This document shows positions 49,372 through 63,942 of a DNA stretch of 64,000 nucleotides, in pieces. The DNA lies in the NCBI GenBank assembly GCA_016748015.1, contig JAAOMT010000480.1, positions 1 to 64,000 on the forward strand, read 5' to 3'. This DNA is from Geosiphon pyriformis uo1. Lineage: Eukaryota; Fungi; Glomeromycota. Within the stretch, counting starts at the first letter, position 1. Each line of letters begins with the position of its first letter. The translations under genes were made by a program, and so were the position numbers. A model generated the notes under the pieces. That model saw nothing but the letters and a program-made list of their open reading frames with translations, was not told the origin of the DNA and did no database searches.

Positions 49372-52300
49372 TGTTACAGGTGATTATTTGGGGTCTCAAA
49401 TCAAATAACAAATTTGTAACTTGGTACTCAATAGCTAATATAATAATATTGGTCTCTGAAAGTTTAGGTTGTCTAAAGATTTATGTTGACTGAAGATTTA
49501 GGTTAAGTTCTTTGTATAATAGACAAAGATTCAATAGTTGTTTTCAGTAGTCTCCCAAAATCGCAGTTTTGTCAATTTTTTTCTTGGTTTAGTGGCTGGC
49601 AATCCTCTGGTAAGCAATCCATATTTCTTACATGTTTTACTCATTTGCAGGGGTCTTTTATCAGACAATCTTTGATGTCAATAACTCAGTGCTTTAATCT
49701 CTAATCAATTAACCAACAACAAAAAATAACAAAATAAAATAAAATAAAATAAAAGAAAAAAATAAGCCAAGACAATAAATATTAGTATCCCATCAATAGT
49801 CATGATCAAGAGCTATTGTTTCAATATGGTTTAAGTATCAATTACTATTAACATGAAGTATTAATAGTAGAGAGTGAATTGAAATAACAAATAATTATTT
49901 ATTGATATTTGTGAATTAGAAGGTTGCTTAGATAAAATCTAAACTAAGAGGTCTGTTTTTTCTGTTTCTAATATTACTATTATATATACATATTTGAAAT
50001 TTCTTAATTTCTCTATTCTTCCCACCAAAAATTCTGGAATTCTGAAATTTCTCGAGAGGAATTCTGAAATTCTAGAATTCTGCAATTTCTTGTATGAGAA
50101 TTCTGTAATTTCTGAAATCTTATAATTTATTTGAGAGGAATCCTGGAATTCTCTATTTTACTATATTTATTTCTAATTGACTAATATATACTACTATGAT
50201 TCCTATTTTTTATAAGTAACATTAATCTTTTCTTTTTAATATTGAGCTCCATTAAGATTTCTGAACTCTCCTAATTCTTCTTTTGTTACTCTATTAAGTT
50301 TTCAGTAATTCACACAAAAACAAATTTTCTCATTTTTTTTCCAAACCAATACAACTGGTGAAGACCATGGACTCATTAATAATTAAATTAACCTGTTGTC
50401 CAGCATTCTATTAATTTCTTGATAGATGATCTCATAACTGGCTGGTGGTACTTTGTATGCTCTCTGTTTAATTGGCATTACATCTCCAGTTTTGATTTAA
50501 TGCTAAATTATGTCAGTTCTACCAAATTTGTTTTCACTGACAAAGATGTCACTGAAGTTGTTAAGTAATATTTTAAGCTGCATATATTGTAGTGAATTTA
50601 GATTTCTCAAGTTTATCTGTTCTAATTGTTCTGATTGGAACAGATAACATTTTTCTCATTTATATATTGTTTGTGATGTGATATCCACATATCTACACAG
50701 TTGTGGAAAGTTTGGAATGGGGTTTGGTGGTTGTTTTTCAACTTTAGTGCTTAAATATCTAATGGTGATTTTTTTTGGTATCTTCAGAACATTTCCTGTT
50801 GTGTTGTAGATGAGAATTTTGATATGTTTTGGGCTCTTAGCTGGTATGTAAAGATTGGTAAGTCCAATCTTTCCTAATTTGCAAATAGTAGTTTTTACTT
50901 CAAAAATTTAGGCTTGATTCTTTACTTTTCTTTCTATGGCTAATATGTATTGGTTATATGGTAGAATGGAAATTGATTGATGGGTGAAGATAATTTCTTT
51001 CTTGTCAATAACCTCTTTCTTTGCTATATTAATTAGTACATTTATTCTACTCGTGAATTCAAATCCACTAATCTCTTTTACTGTTATTTCTAATTCCTCC
51101 CTTTTTTCTACTGACATTAATTGAGCTATTTTAATCAAAAACAAAAATATTGTCTGTGCTATCTTTTCATTTGGCTCTATGATATAGGCTTTTTCTAAGT
51201 TATTTTGTAGTATTGTAATAATATTTTCTACATATCCTGCATCAATTATTTCTCCTCTGATATTGATTCCTTTTTTTTGCTAAATTACTTTTAGATGCTA
51301 ATTGAACCATTGTTGTTGCTGGGATTTCCAGTGCTATTTTGAGATTAATACAGATATGCAAATATGGTCCCAATTTGATGGCTTTTTTTTCTGGATATTT
51401 CAGATTAAACTCTGCATCAATATTATGTGTGTATTTAGACATAATATTTTTATCATTATTACTGAACCATTTAAGTTCTTGTTTTTTAGAGAGATCAGAA
51501 AGCACAATATATTGTTCTGGGTTTGAATTGGAGTCTAAACTGTTGTTATTTTCATTGCCATTTTAAATAGAGCTAGAACCATTATTTTCATTGTCATTAT
51601 TGTCAGAGTTTGAATTAGAATTGAATGTTGATTCTGATTCTGATGCACAGTTGCTGATTGGTTTTTTTTCCTCTGGAATTATGTAGATCATGCATAGTAG
51701 TAGATTGTAGATGAAATTACACTCATTACAATACTAGAAGTTACATAGAATCAAATAGTAGTCACATAATTGGGTGTTTATTTCTTCTAAATGCTGCTTT
51801 TGCTCTTTTTTTGTTGGTGTCAAATTCTGGTAATGCTTGTAGAATTTCTTTGGACCTGTCTCAATATCTAAAAATGTGTCTGAATTGGGGATAAGAATGA
51901 TATCAACTGGTTCTGGAGGATTGTTTTTTATCTTTAGGATCTTACTAAGTAAAGCATTTTCTATCTTGGCATTGGCCATTCACCAGATCTTATTTTTGTC
52001 ATGTGAATAGCCATCCAAGCAAAAGATTGCTCAATGCCATACAGCAATAATAAATGTGCCATAACTGATCCAGTTACTTATAAGGATTGTGTACTGGCAC
52101 AAAATATCACATGTTTCTCCTTGACCAGGAATATTGTTCCATATTTCTTTATTAAGCAGCTGTTCTCTACAAGTAAAACATGGTTTGTTGTTCTACTTGT
52201 CTTGTTATTTTAAATAGCCATACTGTTTTCTATAACATAATTTACAATAATAGTGAATTTGTGTCCAGTAGTCTTCATTGGGTGCAATCTAAGCTCCTAT

Positions 52301-55300
52301 GGAAGAAAATTTCTTGACACAATCTTGGCATTTGAGTGAAATATATGGCAGTTGCTTTAGTGGCTCATGTGCATAAAATTTTTCCCAGCCACTAGTTATT
52401 TTTTCTGTGATAATGTCTTTTTCTGGTGCATTTTTTTTCTTTTTCTTCCCTTTGTCATCTCAAAAAAATACTGGTGATAACTCATTGTGTTTGGTATTGG
52501 TCCAGAAAACTTGGTAGGCTTTTCAGGTAGGTTTTTCTTCTTCTTCATTGAACTTGATAAGTGGTGCTGTTATGTTGGTGTTGGGTTTAAAATTACCACA
52601 AATAGCTGGTACTTGTGTATGTCTATCATTTTGGCTGAGTTGTAATTCTTGGGTGGTCTAATCGAATACAGCATTTGCTTTAGTTAACCAATCATTACTA
52701 ATAAGAGCTTGGTATTGAGTGGCTTTTATAATTAAGACTTTGATGGGTATAATAATACTGTTGATTTCAAATGAGAAGTCATTAATTTTACTGATTAGGG
52801 TTTTGGTTGTGTCATTGGTGGTGATGATCTTAGTACTGGCAGTTTGATTAACTCATCAACCTAATTGGTCTATGAATTGTCATATGATAATACTATCTGC
52901 TAACCCACTATCAAGAATTAGTTTAATGGACCAATTATCAGCTTTGGTATCAGTGTATATTGTGGTGATAGGTTTGATATCAAAAATGATTCCACTCAGT
53001 AATAGAACTGAAGCAGTTTCTTCAAGTTCAAAAGGAAATATGGTAGCAAGTATTTTATTCTCAGTACTGGTTGCTGGTAGAATGTTGCTAATAGATGGCT
53101 GTTTTTAGTTAGTTTTCTGGTTGTTGGGTGAGACATTTTCTGGGGTAACCAAAAGACTTAAATAGTGTTGGGAATTCGGGTTTTGGATGTATCCAGTTCT
53201 CAAACTTTGCTGTCATGATCTCAATAGTTGGTTGGAAGAGCTGAAGATTGGTTGATAGACAACTATCACCAATCTCTAGTTTTAGATAACTCTTAATCTG
53301 AGATTCTCTGATGTTATTTGAGCTGAGTTTGGTGGTAGGATTGGAATTGCTGGTGTCTAATAGATTAGTTGTGACTGTGGTAATTAATAGATTATGGGTG
53401 TTGTTGGTTGATATATTGGAAATATGTATATTGGTTGTTACATTATTTGGGTATAATTTGGTTGATACTGGTCTTAATTTAGGTAATAACTTGGAGTTTA
53501 AAATCAGTAATTGGGGTTTTAATATTGATTTTCTGATCATGGGTTATTGCTATAAACTTGGCAGCTAGCTCTAATATAATCTTGTTTACCATAATTATAG
53601 CAAACATGCATTTCTGATTTCCATAATTGATTGGTTAATAATAATAGATATGGCTGATTTTGGAAACAATTTGAGTTTTTTGTATTATTACATTGTTGTG
53701 GAAATTGATAAATTACCTGATTGTTAGCTAAGTATCCCTCTAATTTCTGATTAATTAAATCACTAAACTGCTTTAATTTAGAATTCAAATCAGATAATCC
53801 ATTCATTATTAAATTTATGGCTTGGGTATGGTTGGCTTCAAGTTCTACTGCTTTAAAATCTCTGGCATTTGTAACTGCAGCTTGCAGATCTGCTGGATGC
53901 AATAGGCATATGTATTGGAAGATACTACTGCACAGACCTCTAATGAACTGGTTTAAGATTTGTGATGTGATGAAATAATTAGCTTGTATTGTCTGAATTT
54001 GGTGCAAATTTCTATGAAAGCATCCTAGGTATATAATGACTGCTTTGGTGTCTCTCTGTTTGATAGTGGTAAAAGTATTGACCAGTTGGTTAATATTATT
54101 ATTGTTACTAAAGTATCACAAAAACTCAAGCTTAAATGCATTAAAGTTTTGGAGTTTGTTAACCAAGCTTTAATACTATGAGTTGGCAGTATTTTGGAGA
54201 AAATATAAAATGGCTTGTATGGCTCTGACATTATTCCATCCATTGGCTGCAATGGCTTTTTTGATATTATTTAGTTACACCTAGTTATTATCCTCTTTGC
54301 TGGTGAACTTTTTGATTTTCATTATTGGTACATATGTCATTAGAGCTATGGAGAGTTGTTGTTGCAATTGTTGTAGTTGCTGAAGTGGCTGTTGTGGTTG
54401 TTGAATTGGTTCAGCAATCAATTCAATTGGTGGCTAATTAATCACAATTACTGGAAATAAGTATTGCTAATTAATGATGTCAAAGTTTGAATTGTCCTGA
54501 TTTTTCTAAGTTTAAATATTCAGAATTTGATTTTCTAGATTTTCTGAGATCAGGTTTTGGTAATTAAATTTCTGATCTTCATTTTTTTTTTTCTGATTCT
54601 GTCACTTTCCAAAAATTTACGGTTCTGAAATCTGGTTGAAGTGGCAGTAATTGAAATCTTGATGAAGTCAGTAATCACAATTTAAATCTTTTAAAATGAT
54701 TGCTATAGGTTCCTAATAATTCTGTTTTCTTTTGTTTACTTTAAAATGGAAGTTGAACTAATAATAGTTTCACATTTGAAGTAAATGTGCCTGGTGATTA
54801 AATATTAATGGCACTTCTAGGTATATAGTAATATAATGAGTTGGTTGGAGATTCTACTCTTGTTTTCTTCCAAGTAAGTGGTTATATTTTTTGAGGTATT
54901 ACTGCTAGTGTTTATAGTTTTCTTTTGCCTTTGTTTACATAAGTGATTGGATATCTTTGTTGAGTATGATGTTCAATTTCTCTATTGATTTCAGTAAGAA
55001 TTGCTATAAAATTATGATTTGCTAGTAGGCTGGTATTTTGAATTAATTCATTGTAAAAATTTCCTCTTACAAAGTCGGATTCTATTAGTACTCCTAGCAA
55101 ATATGAGATTCTCTTATTGACATAGAAATTGAAGACTAATTCTGCTAATAGGTGATTGTTGGTTAATTCTAAGTGTTAACAGTAGTATTAAAATAAGAAT
55201 TTGGTGAATCTTAAATGGTTTGTCCTTATTCTTTTTGGTTTTGCCACTTTTGGATAGTTGTTGGTTGGTGCTGGTTTTCTGTAGGATTATATCTTACAGG

Positions 55301-56107
55301 GAGCACCAAATATTACAGGTAATTATTTGGGGTCTCAAATCAAATTACAAACTCATAACTTGGTGCTTAATAGCTGATATAATAATGTTGGTCTCTAAAA
55401 GTTTAGGTTGTCTGAGGATTTATGTTGACTAAAAGTTTAAGTTGAGTTCTTTGTATAATGGACAGAGATTCAATAGTTGTTTTCAATAGTTTTTTGGAAT
55501 CACAGTTCTGTCAATTTTTTTTTCAGCTTAATGGCTAGCAATCTTTTAGTAAGCAATCTGTATTTCTTATGTGTTTTACCTATTTGCAGAAGTCTTTTAC
55601 CAAGCAATCTTTAATATTAATAACTTAGTGTTTTAATCTCTAATCAATTAGCCAACAACAAGAAATAACAAAATAAAATAAAATAAAATAAAAAAAAGAA
55701 ATAAGTCAAGACAATAAATATTAATATCCTGTTAATAGCCGTGATCAAAAGCTATTGTTCTAGTATGATTTAAGTATCAGTTACTATCAACATAAAGTAT
55801 TAATAGTAAAGAGTGAATTGAGATAACAAATAATTATTTATTAATATTTGTGAATTAGAAGGTTGCTTAGATAAAATCTAAATTAAGAGATCTGTTTCTT
55901 CTGCTTCTAATACTACTGATATATATATTTATTTGAGATTCCTCAATTTTTTTATTCTTTTTGCCAGAAATCCTGGAATTCTAAAATCCTGTGATTTTTT
56001 ATATGAGAATTCTATAATTTCTGAAATCTTGGAATTCCCCATTTTACTATGTCTACTTCTGATTGACTAATATATACTACTATAATTCCTATCTTTTATG
56101 AGTAACA
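49372..56107 (-). mobile_element. Family B element B2, internally deleted (keeps gag, PR, Cys-rich domain, dUTPase and the RT start)
   Basis: LTRs at 49372-50221 and 55311-56107, TSD ATGT, PBS. RT ...FCVNY*KLN is joined at ~50280 to the pre-PPT sequence. Confidence 0.9.
51048..51442 (-). pseudogene. dUTPase domain in family B pol (B2)
   Basis: Relics of all five trimeric dUTPase motifs in order: DAEFNL, ASKSNLA, IIDAGYV, EKIAQ, SGFEFTS. Confidence 0.85.
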
Positions 56108-57974
56108 ATGTTTATTTTTTGTTATATTTTTGGGTTAAAATGTCTTTAGATTTGTCTCATTTATAATAAACTATTGACATTTTTATTTTTTTTTCTTTTT
56201 TATAATATACTATATAATTAAATGGTAATAGTTCTATTTTTTATTTTGTGTGATAATTATCTTCAAATTTTTGCTTCTGAATTGATGTTAATTCCTTGTA
56301 ATCTGTGTATACATTAAATTTTTGGCTTAAGTATTTTTTTTATTTGATAACAGTCTAATAGATTGCTAAATATTCCAATCCTAAGGTTTCATAGTTTTTC
56401 TTAGCTGGACTTAAACTTTAACTGGCATATGTTATTATATGTTCTTGTCCATTTGCTCTTTTTTATAACAATATGACTTTCAATGTTTAATCAAATGCAT
56501 TAGTAGTAATAATGAATAGTTTATTATGATTTGAATAGATCAATATTGGGGCTTAAATAAGCTTTCTTTTCAAAATGTTAAAAGCTTCTTATTGAGTTTT
56601 AGTTTATTTATATTTAATGTTTTTTGCTTAAAGCTGGTAGAATAGTTATGCCAATTTGAAAAAGTTTTGGATAAATATTAATAGTATTTAGCAAATTTCA
56701 AAAATGCTCTTAATTTTATCAAGTTTGTTAGTACTAAAAAGTTTTTGACTATTTCAATTTTGTTTGGATCTGTTTTAATGTCATTTTTGCTTATAATATA
56801 TTTCAAAAACTTGAATTTAGTTTTGTTAAAAAAGCATTTAGTAGTATTCAATTTTAATTTAACTCTTTTTAATCTTTTAAATATTTGCTAAAGATGGTAG
56901 AAATAGTTATTAAATATTTTAAAGAACATATTGATGTTGTCCAAATAGACTATTACTAATTTCTATAATAATTTAATATAAACAATTTTCATGAGCCATT
57001 AAAAAATGGCTGAAGTATTAGTTAAGTCAAATGACATAATATTGAATTCAAAATTCTCTTTTTTTGTAGTGAATACTATTTTTTCTTTATTGGTTGAATT
57101 CATGACTACTTACCAGTAACTACTATCTAAATTCAATGTTGAAAACCATTTCTTCTCTCCAAAAGTATTGAATAACTTCTGAATTCATAGAATTGAATAG
57201 TTGTCTTCATAAATAATATTGTTAAGTTTTTTGTAATCTACACAAAAGTAGATTTTTCTATTCTTCTTATAGATAAGTATTACTAATAATAACCATGGGC
57301 TTATTGATGATTAAATTAACCTGTTATTTAATATTCTGTTGATTTTTTGTTGGATAATCTTATGGCTAGCAGATGATATTTGGTATGCTCTTTATTTAAT
57401 TAGCATTAAATCTTTAATTTTGATTTAATGTTAAATAATGTTAGTTTTGTCAAATTCATTTTTGCTAACAAAGATGTCAGTAAAATTTTTAAGTAAAATT
57501 TTAAGTTGTATTTGTTGAAATAGGTCTAAATTTTCCAAGTTTATTTGTTTTAATTGTTTTAATTGTAACAAATAGCATTCTTTTTATTCATATATGGTTT
57601 GCAATATAATGTTCACATATTTGCAAAGCTGTGAAAAGTCTGAAATGGCAGTAAGTGCTTAATTCTCAACTTTAATACTTAAGTATCTGATAGTAGTTTC
57701 ACTTAATATCTTTATAAGGTTTTTAATTGTATTGTATATTAGAATTTTGATATGTTTGTTGTTTTTGGCTGGTATATAGAGATTGATAATAATAATCTCT
57801 TCTGATTTACAAATGTTTGTTTTAGCTTTAAAAATTTGGGGTTGGTCTTTTACTTTTCTTTCTATAACTATTATATATTAATTATATAGTAGAATGGAAA
57901 TTGATTAATAGGTGAAGATAATTTCTCTCTTATTAATTATTTTTTTTTACTATATTAATTGATATATCTATTTT

Positions 57975-58366
57975 ACTTGTAGATTCGAATTTTTTTATCA
58001 TTTTTACTAAAATTCCTAACTTTTTTTTTGTTTCTACTAACATTAACTAAGCTATTTTAATTAAAGACAGAAATATTGTCTGTGTTATCTTTTTATTTGG
58101 TTCAATTATGTATTTTTTTCTGAGTTATTTTGTAGTATTGCAATAATATTCCCCACATATTCTGCATTAATTATTTTTTTTCTGATATTAATTTTTTTCT
58201 TTATTAAATTAAATCTGAAGATTAATTGAACTATTATTATTGTTGAAATTTTCAGTATTATTTTCAGATCTATACTGATATATAAATGAGATTCCAATTA
58301 GATAGCAGTTTTTTCTGGATATCTGAAATTAAACTCTACATTAGTATCATATACACATTCTGGCAT
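57975..58366 (-). pseudogene. dUTPase domain in family B pol (B1)
   Basis: IINAEYVGNIIAILQN; colinear with the B2 dUTPase. Confidence 0.75.
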
Positions 58367-61300
58367 AATATCTTTATTATTATTGCTAAACTATTTAAGT
58401 TTTTGCTCTATTAAAATATCTAAAAATGTAATATATTGTTTGGGGTTTTTGTCAAAGTTTAGATTGTTGTTATTATTATTGTTATAATAAATAGAATTAG
58501 AACTATTGTTGTTATTATTATTAGAATTTGAATTGTAATTAAGATTTGATTCCAATTCTAATGCACATTTGCTGATTAGTTTTTTTTCTTTGGAAATTAA
58601 ATAAATCATGTTAGTGATAGATTGTAAATAAAGTCACAATTGTCACAATATTCAAAATCACTGGAAATTAGACAATATTTACAAAGTCTAGTATTTAGTT
58701 GTTTTAAATACTGCTCTTGTTTTTTTCTAGTAAGTGCTAAATCTTGGTAGTGTTTATGGAATTGTTTTGGATTGCTTAAAATGTTAATAAATACATCTGG
58801 ATTGGAAATAAAAATAGTTTCAATTAGTTTTGGTGGGTTGTTTTTGATTGTAAATATTTCATTAAACAAAGTGTCTTCAACTTTGGCATTTGCTATTTAT
58901 TAGATTTTGTTCTTATCATGTAAGTAATTATCTAAGTATAAAAGTGCTTGGTTCTATACAGTATTAAAAAATGTTTCTTGGCTTACCTAGTTATTAATAA
59001 AAATTGTGTATTAACATAAGGCATTGCACATTTCTTCTCAACCAAAAATGTTGTTCTATATTCTTTTATTAAATAGTGTTTCTCTATAAACAAGACATAA
59101 TTTGTTGTCCCACTTTTCTTGTTGTTTAGAGTAACTAAAACATTTTTTATAACATGGTTTGCAATAATAATGGGTACATATCCAGTAGTCTTTTTTAGAC
59201 AAAATCTAAGCTTTTATAGAAGAAAACTTTTTCTTATAGTTAATACATTTAAGTAAAATATATGGCAGTTTTTTTTTGTGTTCATAAAGTAAAATTGATT
59301 TCATTTACTAATTATTTTTTTAGTAATTGTGGTGGTTTCTGGTTTGTCTTTTTTTTTTTTTTTTTTTTTATTCCAAGAAAATATTGGCAGTAATTTGTTG
59401 TGCTTATCTTCAGTTCACAAAACTTGATAGGTTTCTCAAGTAAGTTTTTTTTTCTTTTTCTTTAACTTAATCAATAGTTGTTTTTTTAAAGAAAATTTAA
59501 AGTGTCTGTAAGTGACAAACATTTAAGTAAGCTAATTATCAAATGTTAACTGAAGCTTTTAAGTGTTTTAGTCAAATATAGCATTGGTTTTAAACAGCCA
59601 GTTATTATTAACAAGAGTTTGGTATTGTATGGCTTCTATTATTAACACTTTGATTAATGCTATGATGCTATTGACTTTGAACAAGAAGTCATTAATTTTG
59701 CCAATTGGAGTCTTTGTTGTTTTATCAGTGATAATAATTCTGGTGCCAACAATACAATCAACTCAGTAACTTAATTGGTCTATGAGTTGTTATGTAATAA
59801 TACTGCCCACTGAATTATTATCAAGAATTAGTTTGATAGGATGACCATCAACTTTGGCATCAGTATATATAGTTGTGATAAGTTTGGTATTAAAAGTGAC
59901 TCTATTAAATAATGGTGTTTTTGATTGGTCTTCCAATTTGAATAGAAAAATAATGGCTAATAATTTGTTCTTAGTGATGGTTGCTAATGAATATTGTTAG
60001 TAAATAGTATTTTTGGGTTGGTTTCCAAGTTGTTGAATGAGTTGGTTTTTGGAGTAACCAGAAGACTTAAATAGTTTTGAGAATTTGGATTTTAGATATA
60101 CCTATTTCTCAAACTCTGTTGACATAATCCTAATGACTGGTTGAAAAAATTGAAGATTAATTGATATATTACTATTGCCAATCTTTAATTCTGTTAGATG
60201 TGTGTAATTCTCAGTCTTTAATTTTTGGTTGACATTTGGATTAAGTTTTATGATAGTGTTTAAATAAATTGGAGTTGATAAATTACTTATAACTGTAGTT
60301 AATAAATTACTGGTGCTGAAGTCTAATAAATAAGAGGTATATATATTGGGTCTTATATTATTGGTATATAATATGATTAGTATTGTTTCTAATTCTAAAT
60401 ATAATTCAGAATTTGAAACTGGTAATTGGAGTTTTATATTGATTTTCTAATTATTAGTTATTTAACATTACATGACAGTCTAATTTTAAGTGTTTTTGTT
60501 TATTACAATAATAGTAAATATGTATTTTTTGCTGCCACAATTGATTGGCTAATAAGGATAATAGTTGTGATTAATTTTAAAAATAATTGGAGTTTCCTTA
60601 ATTGTTATGGCATTGTAGAAACTAATAAATAGCTTGATTGTTAGCTAAGTATCTCTTAATTTTTTAATTAATGACTTTACCAAATTGCTTTAATTTAGTA
60701 TTTAATTTAGATCATCTGTTTATTATTAGGTTGACAGCTTGAGTGTGATTGGCTTTGAGTTTGGCCAATTCAAAATTTTTGGCATATGCTACTATATCTT
60801 AAAGAGTATTTGAATATATTAGACATACTTATTGTAACAAGCTGTTGTATAATCTATAAATAAACTGGTTTAAAATCTGTGCTTCAGTAAAATAGTCAAC
60901 TTGAATTGTCTGAATTTGGCACAGATTTCTGTGGAAGCATTCCAAGTAAGTAATAACTGCTTTAGTATTGCCTTGTTTAATGGTAGTAAAGCTAATTAAC
61001 AGGTAATTAATGCTGTTGTGATTACTGAAATATTGTAGAAACATGGTTTTAAACATGTTAAAGGTTTGTGGTTTGTTGCTTAGATTCTGATATCATGAGT
61101 TAATGGTATTCTGTAAGAAGTATAAAATGGCTTAAAAAACTTTGGCATTTGTCCCAGTTATTGGCTGTAATTGTTTTGACTATATTATTCAATCATGTTT
61201 GGATGTTGTTTTCTTTGCCAGTAAATTTCTTAAGTCTGGTAATAGATACATATGTCATTGGTACAAGTTGTTGTTGTGGTTGTTATTAAAGCTATTGTTA

Positions 61301-63011
61301 TGGTATTATAATTAATACAATTGATACAACTGGTGGATTGATTATGATTATGAGAGATAAGTTTTGCTAAATAATAGAAACAGAGTTTGGATTGTTCAGA
61401 TCTTGTAAAGTTTAAACAATCAAAGTTTGTATTTCTTGTTTATTTAAAATTGGGTTCTGATTATTATTTTCCTAATTACTGTTTTTTTTTCTTCCAAATT
61501 GGTATTTTTCCAATAACTAATAGATCTGAAATTTGGTTGTAGTGGCAGTAATCAAAATTTTAATGGAATTGTTGATTGCAATTTAAATTTTTCAAAGAAT
61601 TTGCTATAAGTTCCTAACAATTTGGCTTTCTCTTAATTATTTTAGAACTGTATTTTTGATAATAGTGTTTTTATAGTTAATAGTAATATAGATCTTAATA
61701 ATATGTGTATAGTACTTTCTGGTATATAATAATAGAACAGATAAATAGATAAAATAACTCTTGGTTTTTTTCAAGTAAGCAGTTGTGTTTTTTTGGTGTT
61801 TCTGTTGAAGTTTGTAATTTTTCTTTGTTTGCAAAGATAATAAAAAATCTTTGTTGAATGTATTTTTCAATTTTTTTGTTTATTTCTATAATTAATAATA
61901 TAAACAAATGATTTGGTAGAAGTATAATGTTTTGAAATAATTCATTGTAGAAATTGTTGAGAGTGGTTTTTGGATTTTTTTGGTCTCCTAAATAAGATTT
62001 AATTTTTTTATTAACATAGAAATTAAAAGTTGATTCTGTTGGCCAATGGTTATTTGTTAATTCAAGGTAAATTTAGTAATATTAAAATAAAAATTTTGTA
62101 AATCTTAAATGATTTTTTCTTATGATTTCTTAGTCTGCCACTTTTTCAGATAATTAATGTTAATACTGGTTTTCTGTTAGATTATATTTCACAGAGAGCA
62201 CCAAATATTATAGGTAATTATTTAAAATGTTAAAACAAATAACAAACTTGTAACTTGGTATTTAATAACTAGTAATGTTAGTAATATTTGAAGATTTTAT
62301 GATTTGAAAATTTTGGTTAAGTCTTTTATATAATAAACAGAAATTTAGTCGATGATTTCTTTTATAAATTTTTTTTTTAATTTAGTGGCCAGTTTATTCT
62401 AATAGTTATGTTTTTCTGGTAAACTATTCTTAAATTTCTACTCTTATTTCCAGATTTTTTACCAAACTATTCTTAATGTCAAATACTCAGCACTTAATTT
62501 TTTTAATTAATTAGTAACAACAAAGAAATAAAACAAAAGAAATAAAAATAAAGAAAAATAAAAGAAAAATAAGAAAAAAAATAAGAAATTAGTATTTCAT
62601 CAATAGCTGTAATTAAGAGCTATTAGTTCAGTATAGTTAAATATTAGATTCTATTAATATGAAGTGTTAATAGTAAGAAAATAATTAATATTTTTAATTA
62701 AATAATAATAACATAGATTGAATGATAATTAGATATTTAATATTTGATGTGTTTTTACTTCAAGTTATAAAAAACTATTTTTTAAAAAAAAAGTATTGGA
62801 ATTCTGAACTCTATTAAATTCTGAATACTTTTCTGTTTTTAATACTTTCACTATATATATATAATTTGTATTATATGAAAATTTTGGAAAATCCTGCAAT
62901 TTTCTAAAAGAATTCTAAAATTCTGAAATTCTGTAATTTCTTATTTTACTATGTCTATTTCTGATTGGTTATTTTATTTATTATTATAATATCTAATTTC
63001 TATAAATAACA

Positions 63012-63942
63012 ATATAAACTCAGTAGTATAAGATTGGTGTTTTTAGTCCTATTTTTTTTGCAAGTCTTTGTAAATTTACTGGTCTCTAATATAGATTTAA
63101 ATTTGAACATAATATTAGATAATTTGCAGACCTTATTTTTACTCTTTTTTTTGGTCTTGTCTAAGACTTTGATGTTGAATTCAAGCAGTTTAAAAATCTT
63201 AACCATTAAGATAGACAGTTTAAAATCAAAATTAATGGCTTTTGAGACTTCTGTTGATTTTGTTTTAGTAAAGTTAAATTTCTTGTGTGCTGACTTAAAT
63301 TTTTCTGTATCTATTTTATTTTAATAACCAATTTAATTTAAAAAATTGCTATGTGTAATGTTCATAATATCAATGTCTTGGCTAAGCAAAAGAATGTTGT
63401 TTGTTAATATACAGAATTAAGTAACATGATTTCTATTATTACAGAAACAAAGTTAAGATTTAACATTAGACTATATATTATAAATAAGTTTGATGAGGTC
63501 CGAATTTTTACTTTTGGTTTAAATATGAGTTTTTATAATACAAAAGTGGCCATAATTATGAATAGTTTTTTGGCTCAGCATGTTTTTATAGTAAAAAAGA
63601 TTCCAAATTATTTAATCTCAATGTATCTTCTGTTTAAAGGCAAGCTTTTGGTTACAATTTTGAGTTTATATGCTAATGTTTTTTCTGAATTTAGGTTTGA
63701 GCAAGCTTTAGTGATCAACTTTTTTGTGGCCAAAGTAGTTAACTTCAGCAATTTGGTAGTTTTTAGTAAAAATTTTAATAAAAATAGATTTAAAAAAAGT
63801 GCTAGTTTTAAGAAGTGCTTAGATATGGGTCTAATTAATTTACTTTTTAAATATTCTTTAATAAAAGTTCTTACTTAGAGCAACTTTAAAAGAGCCAAGA
63901 AAATTATTGATTATATTTTTGTTAGTGAGAATTTGTTATTAG
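63012..63942 (+). mobile_element. LINE right part: end of ORF1 and start of ORF2 (APE endonuclease, from ~63324)
   Basis: Motifs IAMCNVHNIN (xNVRG), ITETKL, decayed GDFN (SKNFN) and IDYIF. Confidence 0.85.

Larger units (their letters stand above)
31265..63011 (-). mobile_element. Family B Gypsy element B1, full-length but decayed, host to A2/A1 and B2
   Basis: LTRs at 31265-32058 and 62206-63011, TSD ATAT, PBS at ~62187-62203. Domain order gag, PR (~59800), Cys-rich, dUTPase, RT (~57400-56750), RNase H, IN (49371-48727 plus 33471-32800), ORF3. Confidence 0.88.

Noticed and set aside
53109-53540. 143-aa Ser/Thr/Asn-rich ORF in B2
   Set aside because: Alternative frame over the Pro/Gln-rich gag-protease linker. 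The real frame is the one interrupted by CAA>TAA stops.
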